Shown one piece after another: positions 13,704 through 26,644 of a DNA stretch of 54,937 nucleotides; positions within the stretch are counted from its first letter, which is position 1, and the number at the start of each line of letters is the position of its first letter. This DNA is from Catajapyx aquilonaris (Eukaryota), in contig KZ538667.1 of assembly GCA_000934665.2 (NCBI GenBank), positions 1 through 54,937 on the forward strand, written 5' to 3'. The notes beneath the pieces were generated by a model. It ran no database searches. It was not told the origin of the DNA and was given only the letters and a program-made list of their open reading frames with translations. Both the position numbers and the translations under genes were made by a program.

Positions 13704-14426
13704 GGTTGAAATTTCGCTCCTGTTTTTTTCCGAAATTGGAAAAGTTACAGAGGTGACTTTTACCAGTTTTGAGCTCTGTAGATGTACATTGGTGGAGGTA
13801 TGCAAATGAGGCAAAAATCACAAGAGGGCCCCCCCCCCCCNNNNNNNNNNNGAAACAAAAGATGATCGACACCCCTCTCCCCAGCCCTATTTTGACCATA
13901 GCGTTCTATTCTACCCCTTTCATTTAAAAACGAAAACAGTTACGGATATATACTTTACTGGGTTTTGAAGCTCTACCGATGTCACTTTGTGTGGTATAGA
14001 AATTGACCAAAATTACCGACAGCTGGAGGGTAAATAATAGAATCGGCACCCTCCTTCCCCATCACTAAATCAGAGAGAAGAGGTTGGACAAAATATTTAT
14101 ATGTATAGTAAGTTTGGGTCGAATTTTCGTCCCACTAGTAGTTACTACCAACTAAGCAGTACCATATTTGGCACTGGTACTGCTAAGTCAGCATTAACTA
14201 GCAGTGGGACGAAAATATTTCCTTGTTTGTATTCAAGCCGTGGCGGGGGAGGTGTTGTTTCTTCTTTTTTTTTACCCCGCCCCCCTGTCGGTAATTTTGG
14301 TCTATTTCTATACCACACAAAGCGACATCGATACTTGATAGAGCTTCAAAACCTGCTAAAAGTCACCTTTGTAACTTTTCCAGTTTAAAAAAAAAAAAAA
14401 AAAAAAACAGACGCGAAATTTCAACC
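13704..14426. mobile_element. Foldback-like element with internally repeated inverted arms
   Basis: GGTTGAAATTTCGC..GGAAAAGTTACAGAGGTGACTTTT (13704-13780) and GGTTTTGAAGCTCT..CCAAAATTACCGACAG (13960-14022) are both reverse-complementary to 14285-14426. There is an assembly gap at 13841-13851. Confidence 0.7.
14113..14216. mobile_element. ~105-bp hairpin MITE, copy 1 (nested in the foldback element)
   Basis: ATTTTCGTCCCACT ... AGTGGGACGAAAAT inverted ends, with an inner AGCAGTACCA/TGGTACTGCT stem. Homologous to 30929-31039. Confidence 0.8.
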
Positions 14427-15451
14427 GCACACGTTGTTTTATTTATTAAAATGTGAATGTGACAGCAAATTGTGCTTGAAGATCCCTGCCGATATGGCCA
14501 TTTGTCAATATAGCCTACTACCTTCGCGATTTCTCATGGAATTTGTGATGCCCACATGATGTTGCTGATGATATGCTTCCACTGCATCCATATCTATATT
14601 TGAGTTAGTTAGTGAGTTTGTTTCTTTGTCCCTTATAGAAATCCAGGGGAAGGACCCTACACCGCCTTAAATTAGCATGTCGGGGGTTACATTTTTCAAG
14701 GAATTTAACGTCGCATGTTTCAGCTGCCGAAAATGAACCTAACTCCCACAACACTCATATTCTCGAATCTTCTCACTACTCGGTCCTCAACAATTAACTT
14801 ACATCAATATCAATAAATCAATTCGCATTCCCATGCAACTCTTATGCAACAACAGTAAATTAAACTATCGCCGTAAATTCAACGCATTCACCAATTACGC
14901 TAATTGGCCATCTCACGTGGGTTCGTATCATATGGTCATTCCGGGATATTGTGGGATTTGAAACTAGACTTCTGGACAAAAATTAATACAAAAAAAAACA
15001 GTATTTACAAATATCACTCCATGTTGAAAACAAAATTTCCCGTCATGCATCTGTACGTACTGTACATTTCGAAAGTTCTTCTGAGAAAACATATGGAACG
15101 AGGTGGGGGTGTGAGGTGGAGTTGGGGGTGAAGGGGTCAGATATTCTGGAGGAAAAACACGGTTCAGTATTATCCTTGGCCAACTCTATCCACATTCCTC
15201 TTATTACATATCCAATCATAATATCTGTGTCCACTATAAGTTATAAGATATCACAGATAAGTGCGGACAAACTTTGGCTTATTGTATCTTATAAGGCCTA
15301 TTTTAAGACATACGTATCGAGTTTCGAATGTATGGAAGGGACATTTTTGCAAACAAACACACTTCCTCAAATACTGTATAATTATGTGCCCCTACCTTTA
15401 CCAGCACCCCAACATACCCAGGCAACGCCGGGTAACCTGCTATAGTAACTT

Positions 15452-16361
15452 ACCCAAATCGCGCCCCAAAAAAAGTGGAGGGGTGGGGTAGAAAACAAAA
15501 TGTGATGAAAAGTCTCCGGTAAGATTATCTGGACTCTATAGAATTGATAATTATGAAGAGTAACAATGGAGCTAGAATGGCACCGAAGTTAAAGTTAATT
15601 TGACAGTTAACAACTGAAACAAATATTATTACACTTTGGACAGGGAATTTCTGTGGGGTCTGGTAATAATTGCTGTCACTACATTAATTTTTTACGTAGC
15701 AGGGCATTAATTTTAATAATGAACCTGAGGGGCCACACAAACCTGAAGACTGAATTGAAGTTAATTACAAAAAATATGTCGCTGAATTAAAAATGTCGGT
15801 ATATCGTTTAAGTTTTCAGAATTTGCTACCCCTTTGCTGAACTACAGTTAACATTGTTATTTATAAATAAATTTAAATGTGATGACATTGTGTATTTAGA
15901 ACTCAGTGTGCTATGTGCTACGATAAAAATTCCAATTGAATGAATGTGAAATGGCTTTTTAAATTCCTGCACTCAAAAATGAACAGAAAATTCGACATTT
16001 GCAAGCCGTGATAAACATTTTAAAATTCTGTGGTGGATTTTTTGTAATTAATTTTAATGCTGTCTTCAGGTTTGTGTAGCCCCTCAGGTTCATTATTAAA
16101 ATTAATGTCCTGATACGTAACAAATTAATGTAGTGACAGCAAAATTACCAGACCCCACAGAAATTCACTGTCCAAAGTGTAATAATATTTGCTTCAGGTG
16201 TTAACTGTCAAATTAACATTAACTTCGGTGCCATTCTAGCTCCATTGTTACTCTTCATAATTATCAATTCTAAAGTCCAGATAATCTTAACGGAGATTTT
16301 TCATCACATTTTGTTTTCTACCCCACCCCTTTGGGGCGCACGTAAACTATGGGATTTGGGT
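15452..16361. mobile_element. Long-TIR element (~330-bp arms; Mutator-like or foldback MITE)
   Basis: 15480-15750 is a near-perfect reverse complement of 16062-16330, with weaker similarity extending inward and outward. The AT-rich spacer is about 210 bp. A possible degenerate 9-bp TSD reads CTATAGTAA / CTATGGTAT. Confidence 0.85.
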
Positions 16362-16710
16362 CTATGGTATGATACTAATTTGATTAAAACTAATCTTGAA
16401 CACTGGTAGCACAATAGACACAAACTTCTTCGTATGTTGGTCGTTTGTGTATTCACCGTTATTCACGCGTGCCAAAATTATTTCTGATGCCATGCCACTA
16501 AGTGATTGCAACTTGAGGCCAGCCTGCTGCAGCATGTTTGGAAATATTATTGCGGTATGACACTCGACAATGTCAGACTGCAAAATAATATCGTCAAATA
16601 TCTGTCTCTGAGCAACAATTACCCACAATTCGCGAATAACTTTTTTTGGTCATCCATATCATGGTCCACATTTTGCTCATAATAATATTTTACTTATTAT
16701 ACTCTGCCGA

Positions 16711-16795
16711 CTGCCAAAATATTTGTGGGGATAGAAGTCTAATCCGAGGTTTAGACCTCGGATTAGAGTTCTATCCCCACAAAATACTTTGGCAG
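16711..16795. repeat. 85-bp near-perfect hairpin (40-bp arms, TTAG loop)
   Basis: CTGCCAAAATATTTGTGGGGATAGAAGTCTAATCCGAGGT-TTAG-ACCTCGGATTAGAGTTCTATCCCCACAAAATACTTTGGCAG, with 2 mismatches and 1 indel. Confidence 0.9.
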
Positions 16796-19700
16796 AAAGG
16801 AGCCTGGTATTGACCAAGAGATGACATGACAGGTCTAGACCGGTCTATGTCTTACAAACTTACAGCATGATAAGAAAATTCTCTAATCGACTTGTTTATG
16901 TCTTGTGCTCGGTCTTGTGGTAACTAAAGAATTGTTCCGTAATACACATGCTATGTTGATTTTGGAGAAAATTCATAGGCCTAACGACAATTTATTTGGA
17001 ATTTTAGGGATAAATATCAAATCAGATCGAAAATTCAAAAAGTTATATCTTTTACGTATCAAACTGTTACGCGCAGGAAAAATGTTTGCATAAGGGATTA
17101 CCACTGAAAATTACACGGCTACTGGCTGATTCCTCAAGCAAGGGTTTATTGGATAAATGGCTACAGTTTAATTTTTTTCAAATCCCGCCAGTTGCCGGTT
17201 TGCATTACATAAATTCTTTTGTCTACCAATATTATTATTAAGAAGTTACAGTAATGTGATATAGCATTGTAAACTTATATGTAGGCCTACAACTATGCTG
17301 AGAGTGTCTTTCCTGTAATTAGTACTCAAGGAAATAAATATATCTATCTATCCATCTATATCAGCAAATCAATGAAAAAGGTACGTCTCATCATAATATT
17401 AATTCAATTTGAATCGGGATGTAAGAGTAACGCAGTACACCATCATTATGACGCTGCCCACTGACTGACGTCCTATATGACCGATGGCCCTGCCCGGCCC
17501 TGCTCGATTTTCAAAGAACTTTTGATAGCCACAGTCAAGCCCTCTAAGGATTTGGGGTTAGCAATCGAATGTGAATCACAATATTTGTCAGGTTCTCTGC
17601 AATATTGGAACTCATGGAAGTTGTAACCCTTGTTGTATAACCTTTCGGAATGTTTCGCTCTCTTTATGCAGGCTATAGAAAATCCACCAAGTGGCACAGC
17701 CTGGGCCACATATAGAACAAAAGTCACCACATTTAAAGTGACTGTATCATGTCGATCAACATATTTCAGAACAGCGGTACTACCTCTCCTTTTGTAAACC
17801 GGCGCAGAGAACCTTTACCTCCAAGCATTTTTGTTTCTTGATGCTCACCCTCCTCTATATAGTCTGGCTCTCACAAAAAGATTATTGGTCAAAATTATCC
17901 CATCACTGAAAATGTGACGTTCTTTGCAAGCTCGCATGTCAACTGTCACAGTGTAGTGCGTCCTCTGAAACACTTCAAATGAGTCTCCTTTCAGATGTCT
18001 TTCATAAAACCAAATTGGTTGCTCATGGAAACGCTTTATAATTTCTCCTCTGCTCATTAGTGCCGATTAGTGCAATATGACATGGGGAAATATAAACCAC
18101 CTTTAACAAGTATTACCATATGGAAGCATATCCTTACACTACATACTGTAGTGTAGGCCTACACGGTATGCAATGTGCGGATTCTTCTGCAGTAATGCTC
18201 AGTATAAACATCACATGAGAATACAATTATTGCAATCTTTCTTTATATCGTGGTAACCAACGGTACCTGGTTGATGAAGATATATGAAATTTGACACCTT
18301 AATGAAGATAATATAAGTCTGCCACGGAGATAAGCTTTATTTGATTGTTTGTGAAATAATGTTTTATAACACGTGTATGCACGACTTCCACTCAAATAAC
18401 AGGTCTAGCTTTCCCGTTCTTATGGATTACAATGAGTTTCTTGTTGAATGACTACAATACAGTTTTTTGTGTTACATTATTGTGGTTTCGAATTTATATT
18501 ATTTGAGCATTTGAAGTATAGTGCCCTGGCAGCTGTTCATAAATCTGCACTGTTGCATTGCGCGCCATAGCACGCGATCACTTTCTACTGGAGCCGCTGT
18601 GCGGCGCTGCTAGCACCTGTCTGCCATTTTAGCAGTTTCTATGCTACAATAGACGCCATTTTGGTAATTTTCTTTACTCTGATTGTTCTGACCATGAGGT
18701 TCCGCCATTGCAACGCAGCCTCTAAGCCTACTGACCCCACTCTCTCTAGATATTTTATTTATCAAGCCTTAAATCCTATTGGTGTAGCCTTTTGGCACAC
18801 AGTATAATTAAATCCTCTCCGTGCCCTCCTCCTTCCGTTTCATTTTTTTTACTACAATTTGCGTGCATTTCCCTCCCCCCTTCTCACCCCCTGCTGTTTC
18901 CCACCACCACTTATCCAACCTTCCATACGGATGACGGAGATGAGGATCTTAGATGGTCGCTTGCATGTTGGCTTGCATGCAAGTTTGCATCTGGATTCAT
19001 GCATGCTCTACTTGAGATAAAAAGTCGTCATATAACCCCACCAGTCTTTTAATTTTTTTTTTGTTACTTGCTACAACTTTCATCTCCGCTTATCTTTGGC
19101 CACGCGAGATGCAGCCATAATATGAGTAGTGATAATTATGATAATTATAGTGGGTGACTTGTGGCGCCGAAATGTCTGTATCCTTTCATTATTTTGAGGG
19201 TCACATTCACTGCAGACGGATCCTGTCTGTCTCCGCATAATGAACCGAGGTAACTATTTCATGAAATTTGAATCTGCAAATTACCATAAGGCTGCCGACG
19301 ATGCCGATATTGAACAATGATTAATTTTGACGTCTTTCTACACATTTTAACATAGTGATTAATGTCCCCCATATTTATGTTCATTTGTGAATATGTGCAG
19401 CATTGCTCTGATTCCTGACTGGTCTTTCTTAACCGTTTAGTGATCTTGCGCTTTCACATCATCACAAAAATTTCGAGACAAAAAGTGCAATGTTCCCCAG
19501 GCAGATTGGGCCAGCTGCATGAAATGCGGAATCCAAAACGGCGGCGCGCGCTACGATTTTGCATTTCAAAAGCGAGACTGAATGAATGGTCAATAGTGTT
19601 ATCAGGAACCCCTCTCCCATCTTTTACTGCGAAGGCACAGCAATGGACAATGTACAGGAAGTTTCCCTGCCTTTTTTGTCCATTATTTTCTGTTGGAGCG

Positions 19701-21188
19701 TTATAGCAGAGGTGATGGGGGAGGATTTAGGATATACAGTACCAGCATCTGCACCAATAAAGGCCCATATTACGTTCACTTCGAACAACCTTGTTAATTG
19801 CCCTTCGAATGACGAAAAATTAAAATTTCAAACAATTCTGAACCATTATTCCTATAATAACACACGTGATTACTGATAGCAAATGGAAGAATATAATATG
19901 TCCCAACATTTTCAGGTAACATAACCTTCATACGTAACAGCTGAAAGAGAAACTGATGGTTGAACCATACTAAAACGAATGGAATACACACAAATCGACA
20001 TCTGCTCCTCTCGACAGCCTCATCATCGGATAGTGAACGTTGGAAAAAACGAACGTGCTAAAACCGTCAGAGAATAGAAAAGAGGGTACGGCAGTGCCAC
20101 ACCCTTTGCCTCCACCCACCCCAATCCATGCCCTATCATTAGACCCGACCTGGGCGTTTTGTCACCATTGTCCTTTCAACACACCGGACAGGCACATTGA
20201 CCCCGCCGACTTCTCTTTGACATCATACACATACATCCATCCATGTGCCCTTCATCTTTTGTGGCCTCTTCTTATACAGGGTTTCTCGCCACCTTTAATT
20301 CCTGGCAGACGGGCAAAAATGACGTAATGAGGGGGTTGTGGGTCAGAAGAAAGGAAAGGGGTACTTCCGGCACTTTGATTTTGAGTCCCCATTCCCCTTC
20401 TACCTCTCCATCGAAGAAAGACCCGCGTTTCCTGGGTTGGGGTTAACCAGACCCACGCTTCGACAGCTCCACAGAAGGTAGGCCATTATTGTCTTTCATT
20501 GCTGCGTACTCCCCAATCCTTTTATTCTGTAGTTCTAGAAGGAGATGCTTTTGGACTCGTTTTCTTAGCCATGAACTTACAGCTGCACATTTTTCTGTGA
20601 TGATGATACTTGATTCCTTCTTTCGTCGTAATCCTCCTGGGTAAGAGTGTTATTTCAAAGGGGAAGAGCAGCTGCGGTTGTATTCAATATTGGAAGGCTG
20701 ACACACGACTACAGAATGTATACGTAAATTCTAAGATTATGCAGGATGGCGCAACACACAACATGGAAGAACTACTGGTTGCAGATATTTAGATTTTTTT
20801 TAGCTGGTTTTGCCGAAAGTTTTGATTTATTCGTATCGGTTGTAATTAATTGGGTATTTTACTATCCGAAACAAGAAAAAGGAAATAACAAGCTAGCCAA
20901 AATTCTGAAAGACTTTTCAACAACATTACTGACAAAGAGTGTAGTAATAATTTTTCTATCCGAAGTGTTCTTTTTTTTTGCATAAAAGGTCCTCAGTAAT
21001 AATGCGCATTAAAATGGCACAACATTGATTTTATACGGAAATAATTATCATCATCGTCAACTTTTGATATAATTTTTACACTTAATGGCCCAATGTCATG
21101 TCGTATAGGCCCTGTTGACAAAAAAGTGACACATTTATCGTCTGTAGTCAATGGTTCTTGGTTTTTTGTGTGTGTACAGGTCTTCAAT

Positions 21189-21440
21189 TAGCTCAGGGGA
21201 CGGAAGTTTGTGTGTTTTTTTTAATTTTACTATAGCTGTGGGGACGTGAAAAAAATAGTGGGGACATGTCCCCACTATTTTCATTCGTAGGGTTTCACAA
21301 AAGTCCATTTTTCTCAGCCTAGGTGAGTTATGGTAGGGTAGATTAGGTAGGGTAGGGTAGGTTAGGTTGGGTTAGGGTAGGGTAGGTTAGGTTAGTTTAC
21401 ACTAGCTTCGAAAAGTTGAATTTTCACGTCCCCACAGCTA
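21189..21440 (-). mobile_element. Copy 2 of the (TTAGG/TAGGG)n-carrying subTIR element
   Basis: Perfect 20-bp inverted repeat TAGCTGTGGGGACGTGAAAA (21233-21252) / TTTTCACGTCCCCACAGCTA (21421-21440). Perfect 30-bp palindrome at 21252-21281. The body is the reverse complement of 10440-10590. Confidence 0.85.
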
Positions 21441-22260
21441 ATTCAGAACAGAACTGGGTGCGTGTGTGTGTGTGTGTGTTTTTTGTCAACTCCTGCTCGG
21501 TAATATTTGACAGCGAAAACGACACCAAAATAGAACATTCTCCCGCCGTATCCAGTTTCCTGCATAAAACAACAAAAATGTGTGCCCTGTGCCATATACA
21601 CATATACATGTAACTTATGTTATCTTCTTATAGAGACGCTTCCTAGTTATCTTCCATCAGTCCAAAATTACACCTATTGGAGTGTCAGCAAGTGCATAAA
21701 ATATTTCACATAACTTGTAATTTTATACATAACTCATTGACGAGTTTGGCTGAAACTATTTTGTGTATTATGACACTTTGTTTTGTGTTTCCCTTTATGT
21801 GCACTTTTTACCAGCCTGATTACTAAAAATCTGTTAAAAAAGGTCGAATTTTTAAAATCCTTTGTTCGTCCTTGTTGTAGCATCACGCTATTAATGTGAA
21901 TGGTTAATAATAGCCGTTTTATGTTGATATAATAATACGTTTGCCGCCAGCGTTTTAAACATATGTGTATCGTTTCGTGCCATGGACAGTAATTTTTAAT
22001 TGATTTACAGTATACTGGATATACTTCACAGTACAGAAAAACTGTTTCAATATTCACAGTATGCTGCTTAAATTAATTTGCATTCTCTCGGGAAGAAGTG
22101 TCATTAACATTCATTTCATTTCATTAGGGACAATACAAATTACATATCAATCAGTTCATCCGTACGTGCGTATAAATCGTCGGTATAAAAATGCTTGTAA
22201 TGCATTTTTGCCCCCAAATTAAATTTTATGCACAACATGCCCCTTAGTTTGTTCATAATG

Positions 22261-22821
22261 CAGGTTGAAAATGTTTTCTTTATCCGAATTTCCAAAATCC
22301 GGAAGTTTTTTGAGTGGTATACACAGTATAACACGTCTCAAATGGGAATTATCTGCTTCTGTTCATAATTATATACAAATTATTTAAATTGTAAAGAAAC
22401 TACTTGCACACCGACTTGGAGGTGGTATTTTGTAATCAAGAAATACTGACTTATATACAGCACATCGTCCAGATGGTACTGACTTGAAAATAGTACATCC
22501 CAACTTACCGTTTCATGTACCGACTGGACGTCAAATACCGTTTACCTTGCCGTTTACAGTACTGACTCGTAGACGGTTTTTGTTGATTACAAAATACCAC
22601 CTCCAAGTCGGCACATGACTGACAGTGCAAGGTATCATGAAGAAAATGCATATGGACATTAGAGGCATTTATCCCACCCCAAAACCGTCCAATTATATAA
22701 ATGCAAATGTTACTGTATATAAATATTGCAATTACAAAAAAAAAAATCGAAATCCGAAACACTTCAGCAGGTCCTTTCTTTCAGGACCCAATTCGTATTT
22801 CGATAAAGGATTTTCAACTTG
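22261..22821 (+). mobile_element. pogo/Tigger-like MITE (Tigger4/Zombi-like ends), copy A, interrupted by a nested element
   Basis: Ends CAGGTTGAAAAT.. / ..GGATTTTCAACTTG-TA, with ATCCGAA subterminal motifs. Colinear with the copies at 43118-43445 and 44673-45056. Confidence 0.8.
22411..22611. mobile_element. 201-bp MITE with perfect 29-bp TIRs and a 4-bp (CACA) TSD, nested in Tigger-like copy A
   Basis: CCGACTTGGAGGTGGTATTTTGTAATCAA (22411-22439) / TTGATTACAAAATACCACCTCCAAGTCGG (22583-22611). CACA at 22407-22410 and 22612-22615. The host element resumes after it. Confidence 0.9.
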
Positions 22822-22969
22822 TATTTTATAACGACATTATTATGAACAGCTCCAGAATGCAATGTTGGTTATTATATTACAGAGCGGCATTTTAATGTCT
22901 ATGGTTTCACACAGGTGTGATATACAGGAACGAACTTACTTGAGCTGCTGTACTACACTTGAACAGCAA

Positions 22970-23540
22970 TATTTGTCCAGGGGCGATAGAAGTGTGAGAA
23001 AGATACACAATTGAATTGATGTGGCATCTTATTATCGACAAAGAGATCAAAACGTTCTCAGACGAAAATTCACACGAGCCCATCATTCTAAGGACACGAA
23101 GTATGCATTTTGGCCCGAAGCATCTGCGGCATCTCGAGTTCGGCGAAAAACAGTGCATGACTGCGGTGGACCTCCGGAAACACTGACCTCAGTTCCAGGA
23201 AAGGGCAATGCCTTGAGGGTAATATTGTTACTACATCATGACTGTGGTTAAACGATGACCAAATGAATGATGATTTTCAATTGCAAAAATTATGGTTGTG
23301 CAAATTGGGGTCACTGGTCATTCAAACTGCCGCACTTTGACACTTTCAATAGCAGTAATCAAAATTGTGCAAAAATAAAGTGGAGCAAATAAACCCAGGT
23401 TTGTGTGATTGCGGAACCCCCAGCGACTGTTTAGTATCACTGGAACTAAATAAAGGAGATACCGTGACGCTCGGAAAATTGAGCATGAAAAATGCAAGAA
23501 CGAAAAGAGTTTGCCAGGAAAAGGATACGCTCATGAATGA
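22970..23540 (+). pseudogene. Highly decayed mariner transposase remnant (N-terminal to central region)
   Basis: Frameshifted translations give GDRSVR, EVC..PKHL, EKQCMTAV..QFQE, NIVTTS*LW and LELNKGDTVTLGKL. They occur in the order expected for the mariner motifs DRRVT, KVCARWVPK, NIVTGDETW and FLEKGETI. Confidence 0.5.
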
Positions 23541-26529
23541 GTCCCGAGGGGGTTTTCACGATATAAATTCCAATTGAGCTTATCGTGATTTGCCCATGCA
23601 GAGAGTCTTTTTTCCTCATTACATATTAATTGGTAAATTAGGCGGATAGTCGGAAACGTTGCCGGCCAATTGGCCGTAATCACACACCGCTTTGATTTCT
23701 TCCACTGTCCTAAGCTTCAACATGATTATTATGATCATTACAGTTTGGATTAGATTTCGACACAGAGTGGATTACCTTTTTTTGCGTACCATTTGAACCT
23801 CAGATAGTATGCAGGGTCTGAGCTATATGGGAAAGACCACTTGCGAATTTATTTGAACTTGGCGGCACGACCTGGTGCCGCTTTTTGCGGTACTTGTGTT
23901 CTATGGGTCGCCATCTTTTGATGTGAGAGTGGTATGATCTAGTACATTATTAAAAATAGAGAATCGAATTATTATATTGGCATCTATAACTTTTTAATTT
24001 GTAAATGTTATTAATGGCCACTCCTTTTGACGAATGATTACGTCAATTCCCATAGTATTAATATTTTTTGATATGGGATATTTATATCTATGATATTATA
24101 TCACTACAAGATTCACTATAATAAATTCGGCATGCCAATAAAATTACTAATGTTAGAGTTCTATTGCTTAAAATATTGTAATAAATAAATCCTATCGTAT
24201 AGGATAGCTTTTGAATTAGCTATAACTTAAAATGATTATCTACAATTATCAACTAAAATATGTATCTGATATTATGATTACAAACACAATTAATATTTGT
24301 ACGCCATATTTGCTTAATGTCAATAATATCTCGACAATAGAAGTAGGTTCATATACAGTATTGTACGTATCATGTGAGCAGACGAACCTGGGAAGAAAAA
24401 GCATAAAATATAAAATAATTAATGAGTCCAACATGGTAAAAAAAACTCATTTTGTAATAAATGTAATGAAAGTTATGTTACTCTAATGAACTGACAGGTA
24501 GTCAGCGTTACTAATGAAACTAACGTGAAATCATTTTTTAGCTGTCACGTTTTTTCCCCCTTTCTTTTGTACTGCGTACGAGCTGGATCATCACCTACCT
24601 GCAACTCCATACATTTCAGCCTCGTTAGAAGTTTTTTCTTGATGAAAATTTATTTCAAGTCAAGCTTAGTTGCAGATGGGTTCAGCTAAAAAAAATCTAA
24701 TGAGGTGTTGATGGGATGCACTAGTACGTATGAACACTCAACTTAATCACCAATGGGTGAGTCAGAACTCAGAACTCTTTTCCGTCAGGGTATTTTTGTT
24801 CTAAAACCAGTCTAAAATTTCGGTAAAGATGATGAAAACACAAATGTTAAAAAGGTAAGACAATGATGACCGAAACTCATTGCTCAACCTATACGATCGG
24901 TGCTAGTCTAGCACCAGGTGTTCCACGCGTATACCGGTGTACGGCTGCCTACGTCTAAGGGGTACTTGCGCCTTGTATCTTTGTTTACATCGTTGTCTGT
25001 TTCTTTTGAGATATTTCTCACACCTATACATATTAGACTACATATTAGGCTAACAAATAACCCGAAATAACCTGACACAAGAATTACCCGCGAATTTTGA
25101 ATCACTGCATATTGTTTTGATATCGCAGCTTGACCAAGTTATTCCAGAATTACTGTGAAAATAACTTGATTAATGTCCATTTAAACGTGTTTACTCTGCC
25201 TGCATAGCATGGATAAAATGCCGACTCCTCTTCTCTCCACAGTCCAGCGTTGTGATTGAGACTCGGCAAGTTGGGATGCTGCCACAAAAAAATCTGTAAA
25301 AGACCCCCCTTGGAGTGAGGGGAACCTAACTCATCCATCTTAAGTGATTCTTCCAGAGGCTCTTCAGCACAGCAGGAATCTTTCACCTTTTGCTTCTCAC
25401 ATTGGGTTGCACTACAGGGGGTCTCAAACCCATCCTCCATCAATTTCTATCCCACTCCTTTTCTCACCTGACCCCACCTCTCAACACAAAACACTATTCA
25501 TTATGAGCATTAAAAATTTCTTCTTGAATCTCTGAATTATGATTTGAAAAGAGACCGACATACAGTATACATTATACGCATAGGTTAGTCGCCGAGTCAA
25601 ATGGACGTGAAGCAGTGCATGTACACAATCCACACTTTTGATTAAGGTCAATTATTTCAGTAAGCTTCCGAGACCGATTTAATATGTAAGGAAGAAATGC
25701 AGAGAGAGAACGCAAACATGATTTACTTATAGGAAATGTGTACTTATGTAATATTGTGATGCAAAGTTGACAAATGGAAGTGTCGAAATAAATTCCAAAC
25801 CTTACGAGGGAATTGTTGATACAACTATCGATGTTTTCAAGTATCGAAGAAACTGAATTGGCATTTTCCGAGGGTTAGGACGTGCGTCAAAGAGTGGTCT
25901 GCTCGAGTCTGCTTTAGTACTTGCCAATTTGTTGTTGCTTGGCGGTCATTAAAATCTTATTACATCTCATTGTCTGATTGCATTTAATTTACCGGTATGT
26001 GATAATACGCCATTGTAATTGGACACCACGTGATGGCCTAATTTATTCATTGTCGGCCCTAAGACACTAACAATAAGTGAAAACAAACAAACAGGAAAAC
26101 CCGGAGTAAACAACGCGAGCACAGAGAACTGAAACTACAACACAACTTTTTCCACTATTATCATCTGCGGGACTGCAGAAGTGGAAAGGCTGTGGCGAGG
26201 GCTGTGGCGATAACCACAACACCGCCGTGCCCACTTCCATTAATTTCTATTATAAATGATATGACATGCATTGTGAATTGCCAAACTACAAAGGTGTGTG
26301 TGTATACCAAAAATTATGGATATAAATATTAATTGTCTTCGAATTGCTTTTCATTAGTTTGATAGCCTTTTTCACTTTTTGCTGTACTCGCCTAAAGGTG
26401 CGGGCTAGAGAGAAATGTAGTCCAATGGAGATTGGATGTGTTCCACACAAAAGCTAGCCGTGAATTCGCAGCATTTGATCATATCGACTAACGCGGCACT
26501 TTTACCTACTCTCCTAGACTTGTAGGCAT

Positions 26530-26644
26530 ATATCTGCTGAAAGATATGCATATCCTCTGAAGATAGGCCTGTATCCGCTGACGTATATGTCTGTATACGC
26601 TGACGTATATGTCTGTATCCGCTGACGTATATGTCTGTATCCGC
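26530..26644. repeat. 22-bp minisatellite (GTATCCGCTGACGTATATGTCT)
   Basis: Near-identical units at 26571, 26593 and 26615, a partial unit at 26637, and two degenerate units upstream. Confidence 0.9.

Noticed and set aside
17473..18075. Possible hAT transposase remnant on the minus strand (MSRGEIIKRFHE resembles WLSRGKVLKRF)
   Set aside because: Only one short motif is recognisable and the downstream frames do not align convincingly. A tBLASTn or HMM search is needed.
26530..26644. 22-bp array as a CRISPR
   Set aside because: The units are head-to-tail with no unique spacers, so this is an ordinary minisatellite.
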